Shown here: positions 35,926 to 49,955 of the stretch, in pieces
How positions within the stretch are numbered: the first letter of the stretch is position 1
How the letters are laid out: the number at the start of each line of letters is the position of its first letter
Assembly: GCA_951406725.2 (NCBI GenBank)
Contig: OX597821.1
Coordinates: forward strand, 58,528,001-58,592,000
Length of the DNA stretch: 64,000 bases
Origin: Octopus vulgaris
Lineage: Eukaryota
Direction of reading: 5' to 3'
Translations under genes and position numbers: made by a program
Notes under the pieces: generated by a model
Told to the model about the DNA's origin: nothing
Seen by the model: only the letters and a program-made list of their open reading frames with translations
The model's database searches: none

Positions 35926-36504
35926 TTGTTATTGATTTGAGAGAATTTGGAAGACTTAAGAAAATCTTATGCCACACAAGAGATAACTGTGAAACAATGT
36001 AAATGCAATCTTCAAAGATCCAGTCATTCTGAAAAGATAATTAGGACTGGAAATTATCAACTGTTTGAGAAAGAGGGAGAGAGGGTTTAGTTTCACAAAT
36101 GTGGTTGTGTTATTAAGAAGCTTGCTTTGAAAGTATATGGTTTCAGGTTCAGTCCCACTGTGTGGCACCTTTGGTAGGTATTTTCTATTGTAGCCCCAGA
36201 CCAAGCAAAGCCTTGTGTATGGATTTATTTGATGGAAACTGAAAGAAGCCTGTCATATGTGTTTGTCTGTAACTATCTCCTTGCGTTGACACTGCAACCT
36301 ACTTGTAAAACAGATGTCATCATGTTGCAAGTGGTATATTTTGTTTACGGTCTGCCATGAAAACATGTCTGGCCACGGGGAAATATTCACCTTGCTTGGA
36401 AACCAGTGAGGGTTCATGACAGAAATGGCATTAACAAATCCTCTCCAACCCATGCAAGCATGGAAAAGTGGATGTTGAAATGACAATGATGATGATATAT
36501 ATGA

Positions 36505-36770
36505 AGGGTGAAGCCGTGTGGCTTAGTGGTTAGGCTGCTGCACTCAGGATTGCTAGACCATGGGTTCGATTCCCACACCAGGCATCTCATTGTGCTCTTG
36601 AACAAAACACTTCATTTCACATTGCACCAGTCCCTTTTTTAATCAGTGGGGAATGTTGGCCTGCTTGCTTAGCCATTGGGGTGGTGTCATTCAAAGCTAA
36701 AGTGATGCAAAGTGCATTGTGGCCAGTGATGTGCAACAACTGATAGTCTGGTTGGTCACATGATATAGGA
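36505..36770 (+). mobile_element. tRNA-derived SINE (head H2)
   Basis: TGGCTTAGTGGTTAGG..GGTTCGATTCC followed by CTTGA(A/G)CAAAACACTTCATTTCAC. Relatives at 38808-39030(+), 45180-45360(-), 54985-55292(-) and 59345-59590(-). Confidence 0.7.
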
Positions 36771-39700
36771 AGGACATGGCTGAGTGCCTTTCAAGTATTG
36801 GACCTCACGGGGCCAAAGTGGCTGAGTTCCTTTCGAGTGTTGTGCCTCATGGAGGCAGTGATCGAGACCTTTGGCATTGTGTCATGCTTGAGAAGAAGAC
36901 CCATCAAGCTGAATAAAATTGCAGTTGTGGCAGATACTGGTATTATGAAAATGGCACCTGTGCCAGTGACACATAAAAGCACCCATCACACTCTTGGAGT
37001 AGTTGACATTAGGAAGGGCATCCAAACATAAAAAACCATGCCAAATCTGACTGCAGTCTGGTGCAGCCTTCCAGCTTACCAGCTGTGGTCAAACTGTCCA
37101 ACCCATGCCAGCAAGGAACAACGGACGTTAAATGATGATGATGATGATGATGAACCATTTCAGATTTTGTTTAACATTCTACATAGTCTTAACACTCATC
37201 ACATCATTTTCCAGATGTATCTCTGAAGATCCAATGACTGTCTGTCAAGAATCATTAAGATACATTATCATACAATGGTTTTAATATTTAATGTTATGCA
37301 TCAGTTCTTCAACTTTATTTTCTATTTGTTTCATCACCTAAACCATATATATATATGGAAAAGAATGCCCACCCCCTATATCATCATTGCCACCATTTAA
37401 TATCTTCTTTTCCATACTTGTATGCTTTAGATGGAATTTTTTTGAGGCAGGTTTTCTGCAACCTGGTGCCTTTCCTGCTGCCAACCCTTGCTGTCCAAGC
37501 AAGGCAATATTTCCCCATGGCCAGACAGGATTTCCATGGAAGACAGGAAAGGAACAACCTCACTTGTATAACGATGATACTTGTTCTCAGTCATTATGGG
37601 ATGTCAAAAGAAGGGTACACACTTGCACGCACATGTACCCCCCCCCACACATACAGGATAGCATACTTTCAGTTTCTGGGTACTACCTCTCACAAGACAT
37701 TGGTTCATCTGGGGCTATACTAGAAAACACCAGCCTAGGGTGCCGTGCAGTAGGATTGAATCAAAGATCAAATGGTTAGAAAGCAAGCTCATACTGCAAT
37801 GCCTGTACCTATCAGTGGTGTGAAAGGATCTTCGGATGCTGGGCCTTACTGGGGAAATGACGAAAGACCAGGAGTTGTGGCAATTTGCTGTATTTGAGAG
37901 GAAGCATCAAGCTAAGTAAAATCACGGTCATCCATAGATACAGGCTGTCATACATACTTAACAGGTGCCAGTGGCACATAAAATGCGCCCGTGCCGGTGG
38001 CACATAAAAAGCACCCAGCACACTCTGTAAAGTGGTTGGCATTAGGAAGGGCATCCAACTGTAGAAACCATGCCACAACAGACGATTGGAGCCTGACCAG
38101 CTCCTGTCAAACTGTCCAGCTCATGCCAGCATGGAAGACGGATGTTAAACAACGATGATGATGATGATAGAAAGGGAGAGAGAGAGAGAGATATCTCATT
38201 TGAGAAAAATATAAATATAAAGCTACTTTTTTGTTTAAGAATATAGTAGATAGTAAATACAGTTTTGACTGGCTTATCTTTTAATTACAGGTTGTTTGAT
38301 TACAATCCTGTTGTTAACCTATTAATGCTGTGTGCTGTCATGTGTAAGTGGCTAATAACAGCTGTAGGTATTATGTCATGTAACATACATCCATCCATAC
38401 ATACACACACACACACATACATACACACATACATACATACATTACATACATACATACATACATGCATGCATACATTTGCTAAGTGCAGATTTCTTTCAAT
38501 ATTGATAATCATTAAGTGCAATTTATTTTTATTTCATCTTTTCAGCTGTCTCCTTGTTCCTTCCCATTTCTTCTTCCGTTTATTATTTCCTTCCCCTCCC
38601 TCATTATTTATTTACTTGTTTTGTTAAGCTTTTTTCTCTTCAAAATTTCTACTTGCCTCTCTCTCTCTGACCCCCTCCCCCAACCTACCCTTTCTCTCTC
38701 TTTTCTTTTCTTCTCATCATCATCTCTGTTTTTGCACTTCTTGAATTTTCTGTTTTTAACTGTAGTACTGCCAGCATTTGTCTATATATACGTGACTATA
38801 CAGCGTGTGGAGGCACATGGCTTAGTGGTTAGGGTGTTGACCTCATGATCATAAGGTGTGATTTGATTTCGATTCCTGGACTGGGCGATGCATTGTGTTC
38901 TCGAGCAAAACACTTCCTTTCACATTGCTCCAGTCCACAGCTGGCAAAAATGAGTATACCTGTGATGGCTTAGCGTCCTGTTCAGGTGGGTCTTATGAAT
39001 CAATATGAATCAGGAAGGAACTTCACTTCTTTTATACTGTGTACATGTGTGTTTGTGGCAGCAAGACTGCAGGCTTAGCTGAATGGTTAAGAATTTAGCT
39101 GAATTGCAATCAGGAGGTTTCATGTTCAATCCTTATACATAGCAAGTGCTACTTCAATAGCCTTAGATCAACTGAAACCTTGGCAATGAAATTGAGTTGA
39201 CAGAAATTATCATCTACTCTAGGCACAAGGTCTGAAATTTTGGAGGAGGAGCCAGTTGATTAGATCAATCCCAGTATGCAACTGGTACTTAATTTATTGA
39301 CCTCCCCCTAAAAGATGAAAGGCTAAATCGACCTTGTTGGAATTTGAATGCAGAACGTTAAGACAGATAAAATACTGCTAAGCTTATCGCCTGGCATGGT
39401 AACATTTCTGCCAGCTCACCGCCTTTGAGTTGACAGAAATTGTGGAAGCCTGACGGGTGAAGAGCCACCCTTCATTCTATAAAAACAAACAAGTTTTACA
39501 ACAATAGCCAGAAAAAGAAAAAACAGTTTGCGATACAGCTCCACATAGCATACACTTTTGAAAATGAAATGTGAAATCAGTTAAATGTATACACACACAC
39601 ACAAAAATTTTAATAAATCTTCATGTATTCTCTGTGCATTTTCAACTTCATTTATTTCTTCTGCATTACTACTTCTTTGAATAAGTAATAATTTTTATAT

Positions 39701-40085
39701 GGAGGTGCAATGGCCCAGTGGTTAGGGCAGCAGACTCGCAGTCTTAGGATCGCGGTTTCGATTCTCAGACCAGGCATTGTGAGTGTTTATTGAGCAAAAA
39801 CACCTAAAGCTCCACGAGGCTTCGGCAGGGGGTGGTGGTGAACCCTGCTGTACTCTTTCACCACAACTTTCTCTTACTCTTCCTTCCTGTTTCTGTTGTA
39901 CCTGTATTTCAAAGGGCCAGTCTTGTCACACTCTGTGTCATGCTGAATCTCCCCGAGAACTACATTAACGTTACACGTGTCTGTGGAGTGCTCAGCCACT
40001 TGCACGTTAATTTCACGAGCAGGCTGTTCCATTGATCGGATCAACTGGAACATGCGTCATCATGACCGGCAGAGTGCCAACAAAA
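39701..40085 (+). mobile_element. Full-length tRNA-derived SINE (head H1, tail T2)
   Basis: Collinear with the reverse complement of 3841-4178 and also contains the central part seen in 3463-3772. Confidence 0.85.
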
Positions 40086-40353
40086 GAATATATATATATA
40101 ATGAGGTCACAAATGATAGCCCATATTGGAGATGAGTACTACACAAGGGGATCGAGCGAGGGGAATAGAATCTGAAACTTACCACCAAAGAAAAGTGCAC
40201 TTGAAGAAAGGAAAACACAGTAGCACCAGTGGAGAGCATCTTCAAGTGCAGTCACTGCATACAAGGCTGCCCCTCCCAAGTAAGCCTGTATAGTAGCTGA
40301 AACAAAATTCTCTGGGTGTAGATCTATGTTCTTTTCAGACCAACAGATGCCTG

Positions 40354-40395
<42 letters not shown>

Positions 40396-40409
40396 CCCAC
40401 AAAATTATT

Positions 40410-40720
40410 AACCATGGTGCCAATAACCACCTTGAGCACCTTTTTGAGCTCCATGTGTCTTACACATGTTGGCATGCCTACAAAATCAGAAAACAGCACA
40501 GCTCCCACGACTTTCGGAAACAGTTTTTTACACTCAGAGTTGCTGCAGTATGGAACAAACTACCTGCATCAGTTGTTAATTGCCAAGACTTTGCATCCTT
40601 TAGAACCTCCATGCTTCCTGAAATTCACCAACACCACACCTGATACTCCCCACTCCATACATATGCAGACATGTATATCATGACCCATACACTATTCACT
40701 TTTCTGACTTTTGTTCATAA
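40410..40720 (+). mobile_element. CR1-group LINE ORF2 C-terminal fragment
   Basis: HAYKIRKQHSSHDFRKQFFTLRVAAVWNKLPASVV, the CR1-type 'RK.FF..RV...WN.LP..VV' motif. Confidence 0.75.
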
Positions 40721-40906
40721 TTAGCAGTTCAGGAAAAAAAAAAAAGAGACCAATAGAATAAGTACTAGGCTTACAAAGAATAAATCCTGGGGTCAATTTG
40801 TTCGATTAAAGGCGGTGCTCCAGCATGGCTACAGTCAAATGGCTGAAACAAATAAAAGAATATATATATAGAAAGAAAGAGAAAGATATATAGAAAGAAA
40901 AGAGAA

Positions 40907-40970
<64 letters not shown>

Positions 40971-43842
40971 ATGCCACACTTCTTTCAGTTATTAGGAATA
41001 TATTTTAAATGAAATGAAAATAAATTTTGCATAAAGTTGTAAAATTCTGTACCCGAGTTTAGAAAACTAATCTTTGAACTTTGTATTTTATCCTTGAATT
41101 TAATTGCTATATGCATGTGTGTGTTGGTTGGGATGTATTTTTTTTTAAATGCTTAAATTTTATTCTCTATCTTGTAACTTCCCTCTGCATTATATTAGTC
41201 TGTTTCATGTTCTGCCATATCTTGTCTCCTCTACAATGAAGGACTTTGTTATTTTTGTTTTTTAATTTTTTTTTACTCTCATCAGCTGCTCTATTTTGTA
41301 AAAGTTTTTGGAAGGAAAATAGACTTTGCTATGAAAATTCAACTGTTTCTTACATTTGTCCTTCTTTGGAGAGAGAGAGTTGGGGGAGAATATAGAGGCT
41401 TTAATTACTCTGGTGGCAAAATTGTGAATGAAAGGAAGACATGAAGAAATGAACGAAAAATGTTGTGAGTCTATGTTGTGTTTGTGCGTGTGTGTGTGTT
41501 GGGGGGGGGGGTGCAGTTATGTTTGAAACATGATGAAGCTATGAGACTTGTTACAGAAATTGCTTGCAGGTTAGTCAGAAACCACTGAAGCTTGTCACAT
41601 TGGGACAGACCAAAGACATAAAAAAAAGAAAGAAAAAAACCAAAAATACCCCCCAAAAACAAAGCAAACAAATAAACCAAGGTTTTTTATTCTTTTACTT
41701 GTTTCAATCACTTGACTGCAGCCATGCTGGAGCACTGTCTTTAGTCGAACAAATCAACCCCAGGACTTATTCTTTGTAAGCCTAGTACTTATTCTATCAG
41801 TCTCTTTTGCCGAACTGCTAAGTTATGGTAAACATACCAACATTGGTTGCCAAGTGATGATGGTAGGAACAGACGCACAAGCATACACATACACACGACG
41901 ATGAGCTCCTTTCAGTTTCCGTCTACCAAATTCACTCACAAGGCTTTGGTTGGCCTGAGTCTATAGTAGAATACATTTGCCTAAGGTATCATGCAGTGGG
42001 ATTGAACCTGGAACCATGTGATTGGTAAGCAAGCTACTTATCACACAGCCACTCCTGGAAAGTTATAGAACATTTGTCCAAATTGTTTAAAATGAATAGA
42101 CTAAAGCCATACTGGAGCAACGCCTTGAGGAATTTTTAGTTGAATGAATTGACTCCAATATTTATTTTTTAAACCTGGTACTTATTCTATTGACCTCTTT
42201 TGAACCATTAAGTTATAGGGACATAAACACACCAACACCAGTTGTCAACTGGTGGTGGAGGACAAACACACACACATATACAGACGATGAGTTTTTTTCA
42301 GTTTCTATCTACTAAATCCATTCTTAGGATGTGATCAACTTGAGGCTAAAATAGAAGACACTTGCCCAAGGTGCCATGCACAGTGGCACTGAACATAGAA
42401 CCATGAGGTTGTGAAGCAAGCTTCTTACCACGCAGCCATGTATATATTTTTTATGATTCTGTCTAGCCAATTACTAATAAATGAAATTAGACAGAGCTTA
42501 CTAATCATGAATAGTCTTATATCATCTATAATTAAGAGCTATAGTTCCTGCTGAGGTTTAGCTTGAAAAAGGGGTGAAAAGTAAGCTCCAATATTGAGAA
42601 CAGTTTGGGAGGCAGTCTGAAAGCCAGACTATGTGAGCTGAAGTATGTAATGAGGGGCAAGGATTGTCAAAAGTTTGTAGCAAGAGCCAAGTTCTTTGAA
42701 GTGGAGGGGTTAAGGGCCAAACCAAATGAGTTAAAAGATAAGGGAGGAAGGGCAAAGCAAAAGAACATCTACACAACATATTCATCATCACTATTCGGCT
42801 GTTTAGCATTCAGCTTATTTTGTCAAATGTAATGCTTATTTATTCAAATTGTTTTGAATTAATTATGCATTATCTTGTAGCTGTGAGATTTTGATGTTGT
42901 CATTGTTTATTTTTAGAATGACATAGGAGCGTAATTGTAAGAATCTGGATTAGGCCCGTTTTAATATAAAACAGGTAGAATATTTGGGCTAGATATGGTT
43001 GGTTTAAATCCTGAAGTGGTAGTGTTTGTTTTACCTGCTGGCGCGAGTTGGGTGATTTGACAGGAGCAGGCACACCAGAGGACTGCATTAAACTCCACTG
43101 TCTACTTTGGCATGGTTTCTATGGCTGGATACCCTTCTTAATATCAGCCACTTTACAATATGTACTGGCGTCGAGCTGGCAGAAACGTTAGCACACTGGG
43201 CGAAATGCTTAGCGGTATTTCGCCTGTCTTTATGTTCTGAGTTCAAATTCCACTGAGGTTGACTTTGCCTTTCATCCATTTGGGGTTGATAAATTAAGTA
43301 CCAGTTGCATACTGGGGTCAGTCTAATTGACTGCCCTGCCTCCCCCCAAATTTCAGTCCTTGTGCCTTGAGTAAAAAAGAATATGTACTGGGTATGTTTT
43401 TTGTGGCATCAACACCAGTGAGATAGTCAAATAGCTCTCAAGACAAGATCCCTCAACTGAGGTGGGGAGTAGTATTTAGAGAAGTGGCTGTATGCTAATA
43501 TGATGAGAGGTTAAAGTATGAGAGAAGGACGGGAATAGGTGTCTTGCTGCTGAGGGGATCAGGGTCTTCCTGACTACAGCAAGATGCCAGATGTCTTGGA
43601 CCTCAGTCATCTCCTTTGTAAAGCTCAGTGTCTTGAGGTCGGCCTTCAGTATTTTGTTTGGTACTTCATCCAGTAGTTACTCCAGTTGGAAAGAAGAGAG
43701 GAGAAAGCTGAGAGAGAGGTATTGGATAGAGTACTGAAGGTTGATATCAAGACGTTGAGTCTTACAAAGGAGATGACTAAGGTTCGAGACATCTGGTGCC
43801 TCGCTGTACTCAAGGGGACCCATCTGCCATGGCAGAACTGAT

Positions 43843-44078
43843 ACCAGTGCTGGTGTCACATAAAAAGCACTGGTGCAGGTGTCACATAAAAAGCACTGGT
43901 GCAGGTGCCTCATAAACAGCACTGGTGTTGGTGTCACATAAAAAGCACTGGTGCAGGTGCCACATAAACAGCACTGGTGTTGGTGTCACATAAAAAGCAC
44001 TGGTGCTAGTGTCACATAAAAAGCACTGGTGCTGGTGTCACAAAAAGCACTGGTGGTGATGTCACTTAAAAAAACACC
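43843..44078 (+). repeat. 26-bp minisatellite (~9 copies) inside an RTE 3' UTR
   Basis: Unit AAAAAGCACTGGTGCAGGTGTCACAT runs into the RTE 3' end. A related degenerate array lies at 58317-58480. Confidence 0.9.
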
Positions 44079-45495
44079 CTGTAAAGTGGTTGGCATTAGG
44101 AAGGGCATCCAACAATAGAAACCATATCAAAACAGACAATGGAACCTGGTGCGGCCCCTGGCCATACCAGTTCCAGTCAAACTGTCCAACCCATGCCAGC
44201 ATATAAAACTGACATACATAGAAAACATACGTAAATACATACATACATTCATTCAAGTTGAAGAAGTTGGGGTGGGAAAAGAAATGAGTTAGCAATAGGA
44301 ATGAAAGAATAATAGAATATGAGGAATATAAAGAAATTTAAGATTTGGTGAAAAACTGTCTGAACAAATGAGGTATAAAGAGGTAGTAGTCTATTGGTGA
44401 GGAGTGGTGGTTGGAGAACTAGGAGCTGAACTAATGGAAATAGGGCAAGAAAGGCAGTACACTTACCTAAAGTACTTCACGCATGACAGGCATGGCTATA
44501 GCTGTGTGGTGAAGAAACTTGCTTTGTAAACCATGTGGTTTCAGGTTCTGTCCTACTGTGTGACACTCTGGGCCAAGTGTTTCTGCTATAGCCCTGGGTC
44601 AACCATAGTCTTGTGAGTGGATTTGCTAAATTGAAAATCTGTGGAAACCCATTGTATATATGTGTGTGCATGTGTAAATGTGATTGGCAAAAGAGACCGA
44701 TTGAATAAGTACTAGGCTTACAAAGAATAAGTACTGGGATCGATTTGTTTGACCAAAGGCGGTGCTCCAGCATGGCTGCAGTCAAATGACTGAAACAAGT
44801 AAAAGAATAAAAGAATAGTTATATTAGAAAGAGAGAATGAACAGGCAAGACATGTAATTAGTTAAGAGCATGTAATTTATAATTCAAACATAATTGCAGA
44901 GTTGTTAGAGTAAAAAAGGGTGTAAGAAGTTGTGCATAAAGCTTTACAGCCGTTTCAAGAATATCTGTCCATATGGGACATATCTCATTGGGCAAAGCTC
45001 TAAAGAATGTCTTTAATAAAGGATATTAATAGTTACCAGTTCCACATATACATAACACAGTGCAAATAAATGCAGGACAAAAGCATGTAAAATAGAATAA
45101 TGTACCTGACCTAATCCATCCCTTCCATTGATAATTGCCCCACCTACCCCACTCCACCCCTCCACTTATACTATCTCTTCTCCCCTATGATAACAAATAC
45201 CAGTCTGTTTCAGGGTTGCTAATTTACAGCTGAATGGTATGGAGCAAAGTGAAATGAGGTGTTTTGTTCAAGAACACAAACTGCCACCCAGCCTAAGAAT
45301 CGAAACTTCAACCTTAATCGTGAATTGAACACCCTAACCACTAAGTAGCCCCCATGTGCTTTCACAATTTAAAACTAGCATCCTTAAAATCAATATTAAA
45401 GAAAATAAATCTAGCAAAGAAAAAAAAAGTAACAAAAGATAATAACTGTACAAATAGTGATCAGGCGTTTTGCAATCTAAAAACAATTTTCTTAC

Positions 45496-45570
45496 CTGAA
45501 CTCAGCTTCCACTGGAGTCTTGAAATTTCTTCCCCGAAAGAAATTTTCTCTCGGTTAAGAACTGAGTGCA
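45496..45570 (-). CDS. Candidate orphan internal exon (75 nt, phase 1-1), product unknown
   Basis: ttcctttag|TG CAC...TCA G|gtaaga. Only one frame is open: xHSVLNREKISFGEEISRLQWKLSS. Non-repetitive sequence. Confidence 0.4.
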
Positions 45571-46127
45571 CTAAAGGAATTTGAAGGAAAATAAAACATT
45601 ACCAGTATTAATTATTCTTAAAATTACTATTATTATTACTATTAGTAGTAATCTGTTTTCTTGTAATCCTTCTATTTAAGACAATATAAAATATGATTTC
45701 AAATTTTGGCACCGAGCCAGCAGTTTTGGAGTACGGGGCAAGTCGAACACATAGATCTGTGCTCAACTGGTACTCATGTTGCTGGCCCTGGAAGGATGAA
45801 AAATGTCAAAATTAACCTCGGAATGTGAACTCGAAACATAAAAAAATGGATGAAATGCTGCTAAGCATTTTCTCTGGTGCATAATGATATCCTGACAGCT
45901 TACCACATCATCATCATCATCGTTTAACATCCGTTTTCCATGCTAGCATGGGTTGGACGGTTCTACCGGGGTCTGGGAAGCCAGGAGGCTGTGCCAGGCT
46001 CCAGTCAGTCTGATCTGGCAGTGGATGCCCTTCCTAACGCCAACCACTCCATGAGGAGGCTGGCAAACGGCCACGATCGGCTGGTGCTTTTTACGTGTCA
46101 CCGACATGGACGCCAGTCAGGCAGCAC

Positions 46128-46161
<34 letters not shown>

Positions 46162-46317
46162 CCTTTCTACTAGAGGCACAAGACCTAAAATTTGTAGGGA
46201 GAGACTATGCCGATTACATCAACCCTAGTACTTGACTGGTACTTAATTTATCGACCTTGAATTGATGAAAGGCAAGCATTTTGCCTGGCATGCTAATGAT
46301 TCTGCCAGCTCACTGAC

Positions 46318-46356
<39 letters not shown>

Positions 46357-47070
46357 GAAGAAGAAGAAGAAGACACCTGATGGAAGTTATTCATCCAAGT
46401 GGTCTAAACTGAAAAATCATTAATTTGCACATTAAAGGAGTTAATAATCCAGAAAATTATAATCTTGATATTTGTATAGCTAATTTATATTATTTATATT
46501 GTCTATTGTTAATTACAATACAATATTTTAAAGAAAAATAGTGTTACAAATTAGAAATGAAACAAAAGATTGTCTATTACAAATATAAATTATTGACATG
46601 AAAGGGAACCATCCAGATTTACCTCCCTTCAACCAGTAGCGTTTTCTTTTTTATTCCTATCCATCAGTTTTAATTTGAAAGTCTATTTTTGTTTCGTTTT
46701 TTTTTTTTATGTTTAGCCCTAGGTTAATCCTCCTTGAGCTCTATGATCCAAGGCGTTCCAGTAACATCCCTCTATTTTTTCAGACATAATCTACATAGGT
46801 CTGGATTATTCAATGCATTCTCTTTTTCCTTTCTCCGAAGTGCAGTGCATTTAGAATATATTTGTTGATTCAATGTAAAATTATTATTGTCCCCACTTGT
46901 CGCTCAATATATTGATTTCAAATTCTGGCACAAGGCCAGAGGTTTCCGGGGAGCGGTAAATCGATTACACCGACCCCATTGCTCTACTGGTATTTATTCT
47001 TTCAACCCGGAAAGGAAAAAAAGGCAAAGTCAACCTCGGCAGAATTTGAACTCAGAACATGAAGACAAAC

Positions 47071-47260
47071 GGATCTTTTCGCTTTGACCGGTAGATTTTA
47101 AAAATAATTTCTTTGTAACTAAACACTTTTAAACTTCGTATACTGGTAGAATGTGTTTATAAAACATCTTTTTCTCTTGGCTTTCTTGATATAAACACAC
47201 TCTACCAGTATACGAAGTTTAAAATTTTTTAGTTACATAGAAATTATTTTAAAAAGATCC
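47071..47260. mobile_element. Merlin-like MITE, copy 3 (palindromic derivative) nested in a SINE
   Basis: Perfect 8-bp TSD AGACAAAC, GGATCTTTT...AAAAGATCC termini. Built from one end plus its own inverted copy. Confidence 0.85.
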
Positions 47261-49664
47261 AGACAAACAAAATGCCTTTTAAGAGTTTTTACTTGGCATG
47301 CAAATGATTCTATCGGCCCACTGTAGTTCAAGAAGTTCAGTGTATTCACAACAGTCTATCTCATTTCCTTTTACTGTTTATTTACTCTTCTCTAATATTA
47401 AGATTTATGTCACTTCAAACAATAAAAAGCTTCTTATCCAACTGTATGACCGTCCTTTTAACGCTTTTACCCACTCAGTGCTCTACTTCTGATTGAAACT
47501 ACCCTTTGCTCAGCCTTGTAGTACCGTCTATAACTCTCTTGTTTGCACAAGTAATCAAAGTTGTTGATGTTTCTGACTCATATCTACTTGCTGTAGTCAA
47601 GGTCTTGCTTATGATAAGGTCTTGTTAACTGCTGTCACTTTAAGATGCCCTTCAGATCATTTATCATTTCCAGTGTCTCCCGCTCTCTTTCTCTCTCCTC
47701 CACTTTGAATTACATTCCATAGAACATCAGGGTTAAGGTTATGGTTCACAAACTAGAAGTCATCATCGTCATCATCATCTCAATTGATGTGTGTTTTCCA
47801 TGCTGGTTTAGGTTGGACAGTTCGGTCTGGTGAGCCAGAGGACTGCTTTAAGCACTTGTATGCTTTAGCATAGTTTCTCCTACTGGATGTCCTTCCTAAT
47901 GTCAACCACTTTACAGAGTGTACCGGACACTTTTTAATGTGACACCAGCACCTGTGAGGTCACCAAATAACTTGCAAGACAAAGATTTCTTAACTGACAG
48001 GGGGAGTGGTATTGGAGCAGATGGCTTTGTGCCAGGTGATGAGAGGTTAGAAAATAAAGGGACAAAAACCAGTGTCTTGCTGTAGAGAAGTACATGGGTA
48101 CTGGAGGGAGAGCGAGAGGGAATGAAATTTGTGGTGACATGCTAGGATATTACGCCCTCAAGGTACAAGGAGGTAAATGTAAATAGAATGGTGATAGAGG
48201 ATTGGAAGAGCAAGTGAGAAGGGGCTGCAATGAGACAATGAGATAGCAAAGGGGATATCATCATCATCATCATCATCGTTTAGCGTCCGTTTTCCATGCT
48301 AGCATGGGTTGGACGGTTCAACTGGGGTCTGTGAAGCCGGAAGGCTTCATCAGGCCCAGTCAGATCTGGCAGTGTTTCTACGGCTGGATGCCCTTCCTAA
48401 TGCCAACCACTCCGTGAGTGTAGTGGGTGCTTTTTACGTGCCACCCGCACAGGTGCCAGACAGAGCTGGCAAACGGCCATGAACAGATGGTGCTTTTATG
48501 TGCCACCGGCACGGGGGCCAGGCGAGGCTGGCAATGGACATGAACGGATGGTCAAGCTCTTAACCAAAGATGCCCTTATAAGCTCCATTAATCAGTTCCA
48601 ATTCCTATTTGCAGCTTTATCATGTCCCTTATAAATAATGTCACTGAGAAAAGGATGGCTATGTGATTCAGAAGTTTGCATGGCTAGAGTATTACATTGA
48701 TATGATGTACAGTTACTGTATAATATGACTGTAATTTTTATTACCTTTACAATCTTAATTGTCATTATTTTCATTATCATGAAGGCAGTGGGCTGGCAGA
48801 ATCATTAGCATACCAGGTGATATGCTTAGCGTTCCGCTGAGGTTGACTTTGCCTTTCATTCTTTCAGGGTTGATAAATTAAGTATGAGTTGCATACTGGG
48901 GTCAATCTAATCAACTGCCCTCCTCTCCCCAAATTTCGGGCCTTGTGCCTAGAGTGGAAAAGAATTGTGAACACGCTGGATGAAATGCTTAGCAGTATTT
49001 TGCCTGTCATTCCATTCTGAGTTCAAATTCTGCCAAGGTTGACTTTGTCCTTCATCCTTTCGAGGTTGATAAAAATAAGTACCTGTTGAAAACTGGGGGG
49101 TGATGTAATTGAGTCATCCCCTCCTCCAAAATTGCTGCCCATGTGGCAAAATTTGGAACCATTATTTTCATTATCATGATCATCAAGATTATTATCCTTA
49201 TGACTAGAAGGTGCCATCACCCACATCTCATAGCTTTTGTTTTAAATGTCTAATTTTCTAATGGTGACCAAATGGTTGATGTATTTGAAAACTGGGTCCA
49301 CTAGTGAAACTTTAATAATCTTTGTCATCCCACCACTGACTGTTATTTTTATTTTTTGCTTGTTTCAGTCATTGGACTGTGGCCATACTGGGGCACCACC
49401 TTGAAGACTTTAGTCAAACAAATCAGCCCCCTCCCCAGTTCTTATTTTGTTAATCTCCATTGCCAAACTGCTAAGTTACTGGGCCTTAAACCAATCAAGA
49501 CCAGTTGTCAAGCGATGGTGGGGACAAACTCAAATACACACACATGTCAAGCTTCCATACAGTTTCCATCTATTAAATCTATTTCAGGCCCAAGGTGCCA
49601 TACAGTGGATCTGAACCTGAAACCATGGTGATGCAAAGTGAATTTCTTAACCTCTTAACATATT

Positions 49665-49955
49665 TATACAGTTCTGTATTTAAGAGATGAGGAATTATTT
49701 ACATTCGACGGATATTTGTCCTCGTCTTGTTTGTTGTTAACACAATATTTCAGCTGATATACCCTCCAACATTCTTCAGATGTCTTGGGGAAATAATGAT
49801 AATAACATCGAAAAATACCTTAGGAATGAGAACCCAGGTTTGAAATTTTCCCAAGACACCTAAAGAAGGCTGGGGGGCGTATCAGCCGAAATGTTGTGTT
49901 AACAACAAACAAGATGAGGACAAATATCCGTTGAATGTAAATAATGTAAATAATG
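49665..49955 (-). mobile_element. Second insertion of the hammerhead-containing element (inverted pair, head lost)
   Basis: 13-bp TSD CTCTTAACATATT at 49652-49664 and 49956-49968. 49665-49794 and 49795-49955 are opposite-orientation copies of the region at 31480-31668. Confidence 0.8.

Noticed and set aside
43843-44078. CRISPR-like regular repeat array
   Set aside because: Units are contiguous with no unique spacers, the context is eukaryotic, there are no cas genes, and the unit derives from an RTE 3' UTR.
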